From the NCBI GenBank assembly GCA_024234615.1, contig JACKNY010000002.1, positions 398,111-462,110 of the forward strand: a DNA stretch of 64,000 nt. Reading direction: 5' to 3'. Below the pieces are notes generated by a model that searched no databases, had not been told where the DNA came from, and worked only from the letters and a program-made list of their open reading frames with translations. Origin of the DNA: Pseudomonadales bacterium. Lineage in GTDB: Bacteria > Pseudomonadota > Gammaproteobacteria > Pseudomonadales > IMCC2047. This document shows, piece after piece, positions 10,185-19,104 of the stretch. The position numbers were made by a program, and so were the translations under genes. Within the stretch, counting starts at the first letter, position 1, and every line of letters starts with the position of its first letter.

Positions 10185-11339
10185 ATGCTGATTACTGCTT
10201 TACAGAGATCAACCTGGTGGCTCGCAGTAATATTATTAAGTTCCGCGCAAACCGCTATGGCGAATGTCATCGATGGCCAGGCCAGCACCACGGATAATCA
10301 GGTTTTTTATGCTGCAACACAGATCAAAGACGTACCACTAGACCGTACCGCCGCCTTCACCCTTACTTACGCCATGCTCGCCAACACTCAAATCGATGAG
10401 AGCGATAAAGAGATTTTGCTAGAGTTGTTATCTCAAAACAGTAGTGGCTTACGGCTGAGCGGGCCAACTGGTGCACAAATCGATATCACCCCCCCTAATG
10501 CTGAAGCCAGGCAGGTGTTAACGACGCTTGTTTCACCAAAAAACATGAACGATTACTGGCTCAAAGGTGAGCCCGAAATGAAGGAGCTGATCATTCTGGC
10601 CTACCTGGGTAGCCCAGCCTGGCAGCGCGCAACACAATTCATCGCCAGCAAGTTCTATGCGGAATGGAAGAACAGCAGCATAGAAAATGGTTACAAGCCC
10701 ATCCGCGATATCATAGCAACCGCCTACGAATCCGGGCCTGACGTAAAGGAGGATAAACTCCTGGGTAATGCCAAAGCAACGTTGTTGTATGACGCCATGG
10801 AGATGGTCGATAATCACGAACAAGATAAAGTTCCCGATTTTGTATACAGCTGGCTACCGCACGACACCGAATACAGACCTTTTGACCGTGCCCCCATGGT
10901 CACGGCAGCACCCAGCAAAGCCGAACAAATCAAAGAACTGCACAGGGCTATTACTATGGCCGCGACTAATCCATCAGAATCTGGCAATTGGGGATTTTTA
11001 CCACCCATGCACGGCATATCGGCCTATTCTGGCAATGAGTGCACTGGAGGGTTTATCGCTTCAATCGCGATGTTTGGCGTTAAGCCAACTTACTACCGCT
11101 TATATATCGATTATAAAGGCGTAGGGGGGGTCGTCATATCAGAAAACCCAGCCGGTAAGAAACTGTTAAAAATCCAGGGGCAGTGCGCAATGCTGGCATA
11201 CGAACAAGAGGTAAAAGATGTTAAACAAACGGCGTTCTCAGCCTGCGAGGATATTGAGATCGATCGTCATACCAAACAGGCAAACTCTGCAATTATTGCT
11301 AAGTCTATGGCGCAGATAGGGGAAGCTTGCACCAATTAG
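10185..11339 (+). CDS. hypothetical secreted protein
   Basis: The 384-aa ORF has a clear signal peptide (WWLAVILLSSAQTAMA). SD AAGGA is upstream. I recognise no domain. All six Cys of the protein fall in its last ~100 residues. Confidence 0.6.
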   Translation: MLITALQRSTWWLAVILLSSAQTAMANVIDGQASTTDNQVFYAATQIKDVPLDRTAAFTLTYAMLANTQIDESDKEILLELLSQNSSGLRLSGPTGAQIDITPPNAEARQVLTTLVSPKNMNDYWLKGEPEMKELIILAYLGSPAWQRATQFIASKFYAEWKNSSIENGYKPIRDIIATAYESGPDVKEDKLLGNAKATLLYDAMEMVDNHEQDKVPDFVYSWLPHDTEYRPFDRAPMVTAAPSKAEQIKELHRAITMAATNPSESGNWGFLPPMHGISAYSGNECTGGFIASIAMFGVKPTYYRLYIDYKGVGGVVISENPAGKKLLKIQGQCAMLAYEQEVKDVKQTAFSACEDIEIDRHTKQANSAIIAKSMAQIGEACTN

Positions 11340-11515
11340 TCTCCCCTTTACGATTAACATGAAGCTAAGGAGCGTTTATAAAACTCAAGCTATTGCTCAC
11401 TTCATTGTTTATGGCCACACCTTAACGGCATACCTGAAAGACTTTAAATTCGTTTTGTCTGCATAGTGGAGCGAGACACTCTCTCAACACCCTTCCAAAA
11501 AAGTGAAGAAACCGC

Positions 11516-11547
11516 TTGCCTTTTAAATGATAATGATTATCATTAGC
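11516..11547 (+). promoter_or_regulatory. Fur box overlapping a sigma70-like promoter
   Basis: GATAATGATTATCATTAGC (11529-11547) matches the 19-bp Fur consensus GATAATGATAATCATTATC at 17 of 19 positions. It overlaps a candidate promoter: -35 TTGCCT (11516-11521), 16-nt spacer, -10 TATCAT (11538-11543). Confidence 0.75.
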
Positions 11548-11585
11548 GTTAATGTAAACGACTCTCACTTAATGGAGATAAAACG

Positions 11586-11843
11586 ATGGGTTACATTTTT
11601 CAGGCATGGCTGGAGGAAGGCGCACCCCGCCTACGTGTTATCAATCCGGCCAATGGATCGACCTCCCTGACATGGGATTGCCCTTCTCTAGAAGAGTTGG
11701 ACGTTTCTGTTTATCGACGCGAAATGCAGCAACTTTTCAAAAAGCTGATTTTACTGGCGAGTGCACAGGAGGTTTATTACAAAAACCGCTACCGCTCACA
11801 ACAATCCATGATCAGGAGGAGCCTCTGTAATGGCGACAAATAA
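11586..11843 (+). CDS. hypothetical protein (85 aa), predicted Fur-regulated
   Basis: ATG is preceded by GGAGA at a 7-nt spacing. The composition is protein-like. It overlaps the next ORF by 14 nt. I prefer this frame over the alternative-frame ORF at 11606..11830. Confidence 0.55.
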   Translation: MGYIFQAWLEEGAPRLRVINPANGSTSLTWDCPSLEELDVSVYRREMQQLFKKLILLASAQEVYYKNRYRSQQSMIRRSLCNGDK

Positions 11844-12372
11844 AAGTCAGGACGCATCATTCAAGCAAGCACTGCCACGCTATCTGTGCGACAAACATTT
11901 AGCTGATACGGCACTCAATCCAGGTAAGGCTTGCATTAACTGGGCACGGATAATCATCTCCGGTAATCGAGCTTTCAATACCGACAACCTCGAGTTGGCA
12001 AATCAGTATTTCGGTGCCGCATGTGAAATTGCAAGGATTTTAATCCGTAATAAAACGAGTTATCCGGGGCAGCTATATGCAGCCGACCGGCTCCTCATCT
12101 CAAGCCATAATTTGTCTGTCACGCTAGCACAGCAAAACCGCCACCCACAAGCGGGTGAACTACTGATCCACATGCATCGAGAGCTGATGGTCATCTGTAA
12201 TGACGAAGCATTACCGGCGGATAATCGCGCCCTCGCATATAGTTGTTTGCAGCCCTCGTTGGAGCGTCTGCGCCCTTTTCTGGAAAGAATGAAAGACCAG
12301 ACGAAAGCCGAGGAGTTAGTGACACTAACGACAGATATTTGCTGGGCTGGAAAAACCAAAATTTGTCATTAA
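11830..12372 (+). CDS. hypothetical helical protein (180 aa), second gene of the predicted Fur-regulated operon
   Basis: ATG is preceded by AGGAGG. The composition suggests an all-helical, TPR-like protein. I recognise no family. Confidence 0.6.
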   Translation: MATNKSQDASFKQALPRYLCDKHLADTALNPGKACINWARIIISGNRAFNTDNLELANQYFGAACEIARILIRNKTSYPGQLYAADRLLISSHNLSVTLAQQNRHPQAGELLIHMHRELMVICNDEALPADNRALAYSCLQPSLERLRPFLERMKDQTKAEELVTLTTDICWAGKTKICH

Positions 12373-12543
12373 ACAAAACCAAATATTCGATTTGCGGAGT
12401 CTAACCGCCAGCGCTTGATTTGTTGACGCCTCCTCCCCTCCTCGCAAACCCGGCGAAAATAAATCAATGCGCTTTTCTTAATTCAAAACTCACGTGAGGA
12501 CTAAATAAAATAATCATGAATCAAGCAAGGCAACAGCAGCAGA

Positions 12544-14277
12544 CTACTGCATTGAAGCCAAATTGCCCACCCGAATAAAGGCCTCTGTCACTATCTGCAA
12601 ATCCAAAAAAAACTGGTCAATCGTTTTAAACTCATTGGCGTTATGGCCGGTGTATTTTTCCGTTGCCAAAGCAAGACCGAATTGCACACCATTAGGCAGA
12701 TTGTGTGCCGAGGTCGCGCCATTGGAAGAGCCAAACTCTGGTTCGATATTTAGGTTTTCCGCCGCAATCGCCAGTAGATTTTTCACCCATGCGCCTTCCG
12801 GATTACGGTACATGGGTTCGGCTTGGCTATGCTCAATTTTAATATCCATCAAAGACCTTTGCTGCCATAACTCGAGCTTAAGCGCCAACTCTTGCTTTAA
12901 CTCATCACTGGTTTTGCCACGGGGCAAACGGATATTCACGGCTGTTTTTAGGCTGTCTCTATCCAGCCCGATATAAGTCTGCGCGGCAGTCAATGGCCCC
13001 ATGAAGTCATTCACGAAATCTATCCCAACTTGCTTCCCATAAAAATCTACGCCCCAGTTTTGCGTGCCATAAATGGCGGCGTCGGTAAAGTGATTAGGTA
13101 CGATTTCGAAAGCCTGATAATTATCCGCAATAAATTCCAACAACCGAGACACTGGGTTAACCCCTGATTCCGGCTGCGATGAATGGGCGGAAACGCCAGT
13201 CACTTTGAGCACTAACAGGTCATCCTTTAGCTCCGACTGCATGCTAAAATTTGCGCCGCGCTGTTGCACATAGGCCTCACTTGCCTGGTCGATGTTGCGC
13301 TTTAGCCTGTTCAACCCGTTGCCGGCGAAATGTGCTGTCGCCGCTTGTGGAATCTGATTAGTAGCCAGCCCTCCGCTAAGCCCAACAATTCTTAATGCCT
13401 CACCCTTAACCTCGCGTAAAGGAAAACTCGCCATTACTGTGCCGTAGCCTTTTTCCGCGATCACCACGGGGTAAGATCCATCTAGCGCAAGGTTATAGAG
13501 CGGCATTGGTCGACGTTCCATATAATAGGGAATCGCAGTACCGCTGGTTTCCTCGGTCGTATCGATGATCAACCGCAAAGTTTGGCGCAGAGGTAGGCTT
13601 TCCTCTTTAATAACCCTCATCGCAAACAGGGAAACCACTATGCCGCATTTATCGTCCTGCGTGCCTCGGCCATACATACGATTACCAATGGTCGTGACCT
13701 TGAAGGGATCGAGCCGGGTATTGTCCGCCAATACCCACAAATCTCTATTCACCGGGACAACATCCGCATGGGCATGGAAGCCGATAAGATCTGGCGTATC
13801 CCCCGCCAATGTGATTTCAAACACATGGTTATCCACATTTAGGTAGGCTAGGCCAAATTCGTTAGCGATTTTTTCCAGCTCTTTACCTAGCGCGACCATC
13901 TGTGGATTTTCGTGTTGCGGTACCGACTCGACAATAGAGGTGTCAAATGCCACCAAGTACTTGAGCATTGCTATCGCCTCACGGCCATATCTTTGGGTTG
14001 TGTAAATACCTAATAACCGATAAATGTCATTCTGCTCTTTTTGATTAAGTCTTTGTTCCGCAAGATATCGATGGATGGTGTTCGCCAAGGTGGCGTGCTG
14101 CTGAGCGACTGAACTTAAGAATGGGCGAAAGCCTGTAACAGTTTTTTGTTCGTATTGTTTAAGAATGCGCTGTGACTGCTCCTTCGTAATCTGTGCTTGA
14201 GCATAGGGCACCGTAGTGGAAGCCAGTAGCATCACCAGGAATAATTTAAACAACCTCTTGCGTACTTTAAATACCAT
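12544..14277 (-). CDS. M20-family metallopeptidase (dipeptidase-like), secreted
   Basis: Signal peptide (LFKLFLVMLLASTTVPYAQA). M20 metal-binding motifs are present (GFHAHADVVPV, GRGTQDDKCG, DTTEETSG). Confidence 0.8.
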   Translation of the reverse strand: MVFKVRKRLFKLFLVMLLASTTVPYAQAQITKEQSQRILKQYEQKTVTGFRPFLSSVAQQHATLANTIHRYLAEQRLNQKEQNDIYRLLGIYTTQRYGREAIAMLKYLVAFDTSIVESVPQHENPQMVALGKELEKIANEFGLAYLNVDNHVFEITLAGDTPDLIGFHAHADVVPVNRDLWVLADNTRLDPFKVTTIGNRMYGRGTQDDKCGIVVSLFAMRVIKEESLPLRQTLRLIIDTTEETSGTAIPYYMERRPMPLYNLALDGSYPVVIAEKGYGTVMASFPLREVKGEALRIVGLSGGLATNQIPQAATAHFAGNGLNRLKRNIDQASEAYVQQRGANFSMQSELKDDLLVLKVTGVSAHSSQPESGVNPVSRLLEFIADNYQAFEIVPNHFTDAAIYGTQNWGVDFYGKQVGIDFVNDFMGPLTAAQTYIGLDRDSLKTAVNIRLPRGKTSDELKQELALKLELWQQRSLMDIKIEHSQAEPMYRNPEGAWVKNLLAIAAENLNIEPEFGSSNGATSAHNLPNGVQFGLALATEKYTGHNANEFKTIDQFFLDLQIVTEAFIRVGNLASMQ

Positions 14278-14598
14278 TAAAACCCTTTAAATCCGTCAGA
14301 ATAAAAAACGATCAACAAAGCATTGCTTGGAACCACTAATTAATGCCGATAAAATAATATGGCAAAATCCGTTAAAGCCATTTTAAAAAGTGAGATTACG
14401 ACAGCTGAGTGTCTTATTCAAATTTGGCCAAAAAATTCTGCAATCTCAACCCTTAAGTAGCTAATCGGGTGCAAAATTTACTTATTTGAAGCTGGTAGCG
14501 CGGAAATTACCCTCGCTCTTCGTGACAAATTAATACAGCAACATGGCTTTGTTCTCGAACGGTGATCTTTCTCCGCTTGACTAGACCAAGAGATTATC

Positions 14599-15003
14599 AT
14601 GTCACATTTTCAAGTCATCAAAGCAACAGGTATTTGGTTATTATTTGTCATGGCGGCCATTATCAACGGTGTGTTGCGCGAAGACTTACTAACTCCTTGG
14701 TTTGGGGCTGCATTAGCATTACCCTTAAGTGGCATTCTACTATCGATATTCATTTTTATTATCACCTATCTGCTTGTCTCATTGATCGCTTCCTCTAAGC
14801 AAACAACCTATTTAACGGTTGGGTTATTATGGGCAGCTTTGACGCTGTCTTTTGAGTTTTTATTTGGACATTACTTCCTTGGTAAGCAATGGCTGGATAT
14901 CACTAAAGTATTTAACCCAAGTGAAGGCAATCTCTTTATCCTGGTTATCTTCGTAACGCTTATTTCGCCACGGATAGCGGCAAAACTAAAAAACCTGATT
15001 TAA
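14599..15003 (+). CDS. hypothetical integral membrane protein (about 4 TM)
   Basis: 134 aa, almost entirely hydrophobic helices. I prefer it over the overlapping 78-aa ORF at 14562..14798. Confidence 0.6.
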   Translation: MSHFQVIKATGIWLLFVMAAIINGVLREDLLTPWFGAALALPLSGILLSIFIFIITYLLVSLIASSKQTTYLTVGLLWAALTLSFEFLFGHYFLGKQWLDITKVFNPSEGNLFILVIFVTLISPRIAAKLKNLI

Positions 15004-15145
15004 TGAATCGCTCTGTTGGCCAACCAAAATAAATCCTGCGTTTTCCTTTAAATTAGGGTAGAATAATCGCCCTTTTGTAACATCGCTACTTGCCTGGCCA
15101 CCTCCCTGAACATACCAGCTTCGTAGCGCCAACCAGGCGCATTTC

Positions 15146-17107
15146 ATGACCGACGAAAAAACGACCCTTTCCTTCGCTGAATTGGGACTCCCTGCACCCC
15201 TGCTAAAAGCACTGCACAGTGTGGGTTACGAAACACCTTCACCCATTCAGGCAGCGAGTATTCCCGCGTTAATGTCCGGGCGGGACATTATTGGGCAAGC
15301 ACAAACCGGCACAGGGAAAACTGCGGCCTTCGCATTACCGATGCTCGCTAACATTGATCAATCGGCAAAACACCCACAAGCACTGATTTTAACCCCTACA
15401 CGCGAACTGGCGATTCAGGTAGCTGAGGCATTTCAATCCTACGCCCGTTTCATGAAAGATTTTCACGTTCTGCCAATCTACGGTGGTCAGGACATGAGCA
15501 CTCAGCTCAAACAACTACGAAGAGGTGTACAAGTTATTGTTGGTACGCCTGGGCGTGTACTAGATCACTTGCGCCGTAAAAGCCTGATCCTCTCGGATAT
15601 TAAATTTCTAGTGCTGGACGAAGCTGACGAAATGCTACGCATGGGTTTTATCGATGATGTCGAAACTATTTTGTCGCATATCACCGGTAATAAACAAACC
15701 GCGCTGTTTTCAGCTACTTTGCCCGGCCCAATCCGTAAGGTAGCCAATCGTTTTTTAGAGAATCCAGAACATATTCACATCAAAGGCCAAAACGTTACTG
15801 TCGATACTATTGATCAACGCTTTTGGATGGTTAACCAGCAGCAGAAGATAGACGCGCTGACCCGTCTCCTCGAATTTGAAGAAATTGAGGCGGCCATTAT
15901 TTTTGTACGCACGCGCGAAACCACCACTCAACTCGCCGAGAAAATTTCTGCCCGTGGCCATAGTTGCGCAGCGATTAATGGCGATATGAGCCAAAGCCAA
16001 CGCGAGAAAACCATACGCCAACTTAAGGAAGGTCGCATTGATATTTTAGTCGCCACCGACGTTGCCGCTCGTGGTCTGGATGTCGAGCGCATTAGCCACG
16101 TGGTGAATTACGATATTCCCTATGATAGCGAAGCCTATGTCCACCGTATTGGTCGTACCGGACGCGCCGGGCGCAGCGGCCACGCGGTGCTGTTTGTCAC
16201 GCCACGCGAGCAGCATTTACTGCGGTCGATTGAAAGAACTACCGGGCAACGTATCAGCCGTATCGCACTACCTTCGCCGGAGGACATTACCAACCAGCGT
16301 ATTCAGCGTTTTAAACAAAAAATTAACGAGGCCATTCCTAATACCCCGAAACAATTTTTTGACTCGCTCATTGTCAACCTGTGCAATGAAATGGGTGAAA
16401 CACCAGAGTCGTTAGCAGCTACCCTGGCTTTCTTATTACAGGAAAGTCGACCGCTGCAAGCACCACCGGAGCCAAAGGAAAAGCCCAGAAAAGATAAATT
16501 CGCTAAGGAAGGTTCAAGAAAAGAACGGCCCACAAAAGATCGTTTTAACAAAGAGCGCGGTGGTAAAGACCGCCCTGAAAAAACGCAGACAAATCGAGAC
16601 AAGTCCGCACGCGAAAGGCCCGTAAGAAGTAGCCTTGATCGACACGACCGCAACGGTAAGAGCATAAGTGAGGGATCAAAAGATCGTCGCCCAACGGAGG
16701 AAGTAGCGCAAGACAGGGCAGAACGCCGCCCTCGTCGACGCGAAATACCAACAGTACCGTTGGAACTTTACCGCCTGGAGGTAGGCAGTAGTCATGCCGT
16801 GACACCGGGCGATATCGTCGGCGCCATCGCCAATGAAGCAGGCGTTGATAGCCAGTATTTTGGCCGTATTGATATTCAGGAAAACTTCAGTACCGTAGAG
16901 TTGCCAGAGGGCATGCCCAAGGATGTGTTGAAACATTTGAAAAAAGTCTGGGTACGGAATCAAAAATTGAATATTTCGCGCATTGGTGAAACGGCCAAAC
17001 CGAAATCAGCAAAACCTAACTTTAAAAAGGCCGATGCCGGAAAAGCAGGAACCACCAAAAAGATGTCTGAACCTCGAAGCAAGAAAGCAGTGCGTCCAAA
17101 AAAATAA
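15146..17107 (+). CDS. deaD: DEAD-box ATP-dependent RNA helicase DeaD/CsdA
   Basis: Q-motif (GYETPSPIQ), AQTGTGKT, PTRELA, DEAD, SAT and HRIGRTGRAG are all present. There is a C-terminal DbpA-like RNA-binding region (LYRLEVGSSHAVTPGDIVGAIANEAG). Confidence 0.95.
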   Translation: MTDEKTTLSFAELGLPAPLLKALHSVGYETPSPIQAASIPALMSGRDIIGQAQTGTGKTAAFALPMLANIDQSAKHPQALILTPTRELAIQVAEAFQSYARFMKDFHVLPIYGGQDMSTQLKQLRRGVQVIVGTPGRVLDHLRRKSLILSDIKFLVLDEADEMLRMGFIDDVETILSHITGNKQTALFSATLPGPIRKVANRFLENPEHIHIKGQNVTVDTIDQRFWMVNQQQKIDALTRLLEFEEIEAAIIFVRTRETTTQLAEKISARGHSCAAINGDMSQSQREKTIRQLKEGRIDILVATDVAARGLDVERISHVVNYDIPYDSEAYVHRIGRTGRAGRSGHAVLFVTPREQHLLRSIERTTGQRISRIALPSPEDITNQRIQRFKQKINEAIPNTPKQFFDSLIVNLCNEMGETPESLAATLAFLLQESRPLQAPPEPKEKPRKDKFAKEGSRKERPTKDRFNKERGGKDRPEKTQTNRDKSARERPVRSSLDRHDRNGKSISEGSKDRRPTEEVAQDRAERRPRRREIPTVPLELYRLEVGSSHAVTPGDIVGAIANEAGVDSQYFGRIDIQENFSTVELPEGMPKDVLKHLKKVWVRNQKLNISRIGETAKPKSAKPNFKKADAGKAGTTKKMSEPRSKKAVRPKK

Positions 17108-17210
17108 CCTAGGGATGTGAATCCCTCGAGATTTCACCACCGCTCATTGTCACAGGTTTGTTTTTTCGGTAGGGTTCACACTAACCGATTGATTTAATAT
17201 AGAGGTAGTT

Positions 17211-17624
17211 ATGACTCCAGATACAACTCAAGGTTTACCTGAGATCAACATGGCACCGAACGAGCTTTACCGTGAAGAAGTGTTTACCGATCTTAAAATT
17301 GGCACCATTCGCGTCCTTACACCAGTTACCGAAACCGGTGGCGCTGACGCGTCGCGGGATATTATCTATTCTGGCCAAACGCAGATTATGACACCTGCTG
17401 GCGCACTGCCCATTAATTTTGATATTGATGCAAACAATATCGGTGAAGCTGCCGCCAAATTCGGCGAAGCAGCGCGCGTTGGTATCGAGCAAACCATGAA
17501 AGAATTAGAAGAAATGCGGCGTAACGCGGCATCTTCTATTGTGGTACCCGGAGATGTGGGTGGCATGGGCGGTATGGGCGGCCCAGGCGGCATGATGGGC
17601 GGTGGCAAAATACAAATGCCTTGA
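17211..17624 (+). CDS. hypothetical protein with a Gly/Met-rich C-terminal tail
   Basis: 137-aa ORF with a plausible SD (AGAGGTAG). It ends in GDVGGMGGMGGPGGMMGGGKIQMP. Confidence 0.6.
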   Translation: MTPDTTQGLPEINMAPNELYREEVFTDLKIGTIRVLTPVTETGGADASRDIIYSGQTQIMTPAGALPINFDIDANNIGEAAAKFGEAARVGIEQTMKELEEMRRNAASSIVVPGDVGGMGGMGGPGGMMGGGKIQMP

Positions 17625-17656
17625 ACTGCACCTGCTGACAGTCTGTAGCCACAATA

Positions 17657-18121
17657 ATGCATATCTGGGTCGATGCTGATGCTTGTCCGGCGGTAATTAA
17701 AGAAATCCTTTTTCGCGCCAGCCAGCGCACTCAGATTCCTACGACGTTGGTCGCCAATCACGCCATGCGTATTCCCAATCAACCCCAACTACGTTTTATC
17801 CAGGTCACCTCAGGCTTTGATGTTGCTGATAACTTTATCGTGCAGCAACTACAGCCCGATGACCTCGTCATCACTGCCGATATTCCCCTTGCGGCTGAGG
17901 TGATCGAGAAAAAAGGGGTGGCCATTAATCCGCGCGGTACACTTTATACTGAATCCAATATTCGCCAACGTTTAGCGATGCGTAATTTCATGGAGGAAAT
18001 GCGTAGTATCGGACAGGCGAGCGGCGGACCACCACCGCTAAGCCAAACTGACAGACAAGCATTTGCTAATTCCTTGGATAGATTGTTAGCCAAATACAAG
18101 CACTCAACCAACACAGACTGA
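17657..18121 (+). CDS. yaiI: YaiI/YqxD family protein (UPF0178)
   Basis: Collinear with E. coli YaiI as I recall it: [17 protein letters not shown]...ANH/Q..., [25 protein letters not shown]. Confidence 0.85.
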   Translation: MHIWVDADACPAVIKEILFRASQRTQIPTTLVANHAMRIPNQPQLRFIQVTSGFDVADNFIVQQLQPDDLVITADIPLAAEVIEKKGVAINPRGTLYTESNIRQRLAMRNFMEEMRSIGQASGGPPPLSQTDRQAFANSLDRLLAKYKHSTNTD

Positions 18122-18130
18122 GGCGTCACC

Positions 18131-18529
18131 ATGAAACCCCGGACTAACCGCTATTTAGCTGTCGCAATTTTACTTAGTGTTTTCAGCGGTTGTACTTCGA
18201 ACAATCCCGTAGCAGCAAAGCAAGATTACATTTATCACGTCGTGGTCGCTTGGCTCAAACAACCCGGCGACACTGAGGCACAACAGGCTCTAATCGACGG
18301 CACTAAGTCGCTGCGCGACATCCCGGGTGTGATCGCAGTCAGCGCCGGTAGAACCTTTGCCAGCGAACGGGCAGTTGTCGATGATTCCTTTGATGTCGCC
18401 CTAACCATCGTGTTAAAAGACCAAGCAGCTTTAGCCTCCTACCAAAATCACCCAGTCCACAACAAGGTAAAAAGCGAAATACTAAAACCTTTGGTGGCGC
18501 GTTACATTGTCTATAACTACGTTGATTAG
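18131..18529 (+). CDS. Dabb (stress-responsive alpha/beta-barrel) family lipoprotein
   Basis: Lipobox LLSVFSGC. Dabb-like pattern (HVVVAWLKQPGD ... LASYQNHPVH). Confidence 0.7.
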   Translation: MKPRTNRYLAVAILLSVFSGCTSNNPVAAKQDYIYHVVVAWLKQPGDTEAQQALIDGTKSLRDIPGVIAVSAGRTFASERAVVDDSFDVALTIVLKDQAALASYQNHPVHNKVKSEILKPLVARYIVYNYVD

Positions 18530-18648
18530 TAATACCGTAATTAGTGCAGGTCGATTAGTATCACTTTGGTTAAACGCAATTGCTTCTCATAACGATTACA
18601 TGTAAAAATAGGTAATTCCATTCTCCCCGGCATCAGGTAGTCAACGTT

Positions 18649-19092
18649 ATGAAATTGCATATCAATGGGATTGAATATCAAATTGAGCTTGAGCCTGACA
18701 CTCCACTACTTTGGGCTATTCGTGACAACCTCGGATTAACCGGCACTAAGTTCGGCTGTGGTATCGCCCAATGCGGGGCCTGTACGGTTCATCTTGATGG
18801 CAAAGCAGTGCGTTCCTGTGTATTACCGGTCAGCGCTGCTGTAGGTAAAAAAATCACGACTATCGAAGGGCTCTCAAAAAACGCTGACCACCCCGTCCAA
18901 AAAGCGTGGCAGGAAATAGATGTGCCGCAGTGCGGTTATTGTCAATCCGGGCAAATCATGACAGCCGCGGCGCTGCTGCAGGACACCCCGAATCCCAGCG
19001 ACGCACAAATTGAAGCTGCGATGACTAATCTATGTCGTTGCGGTAGTTACCTTCGCATTAAACAAGCCGTTAAAAACGCCGCCAAAGCCTAG
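18649..19092 (+). CDS. (2Fe-2S)-binding small subunit of an IorAB/aldehyde-oxidoreductase-type molybdoenzyme
   Basis: Both [2Fe-2S] Cys clusters are present: [12 protein letters not shown] and CGYCQSG ... CRCGSY. Confidence 0.9.
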   Translation: MKLHINGIEYQIELEPDTPLLWAIRDNLGLTGTKFGCGIAQCGACTVHLDGKAVRSCVLPVSAAVGKKITTIEGLSKNADHPVQKAWQEIDVPQCGYCQSGQIMTAAALLQDTPNPSDAQIEAAMTNLCRCGSYLRIKQAVKNAAKA

Positions 19093-19104
19093 TAGGAGGC
19101 GCTT

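Noticed and set aside
11606-11830. Alternative-frame 74-aa ORF whose TAA overlaps the ATG of the next gene (TAATG)
   Set aside because: The TAATG junction is attractive, but the ORF has no SD and an R/P/G/T-rich composition that is not protein-like. The 11586 frame has a GGAGA SD and a plausible sequence. A ribosome-profiling check would settle it.
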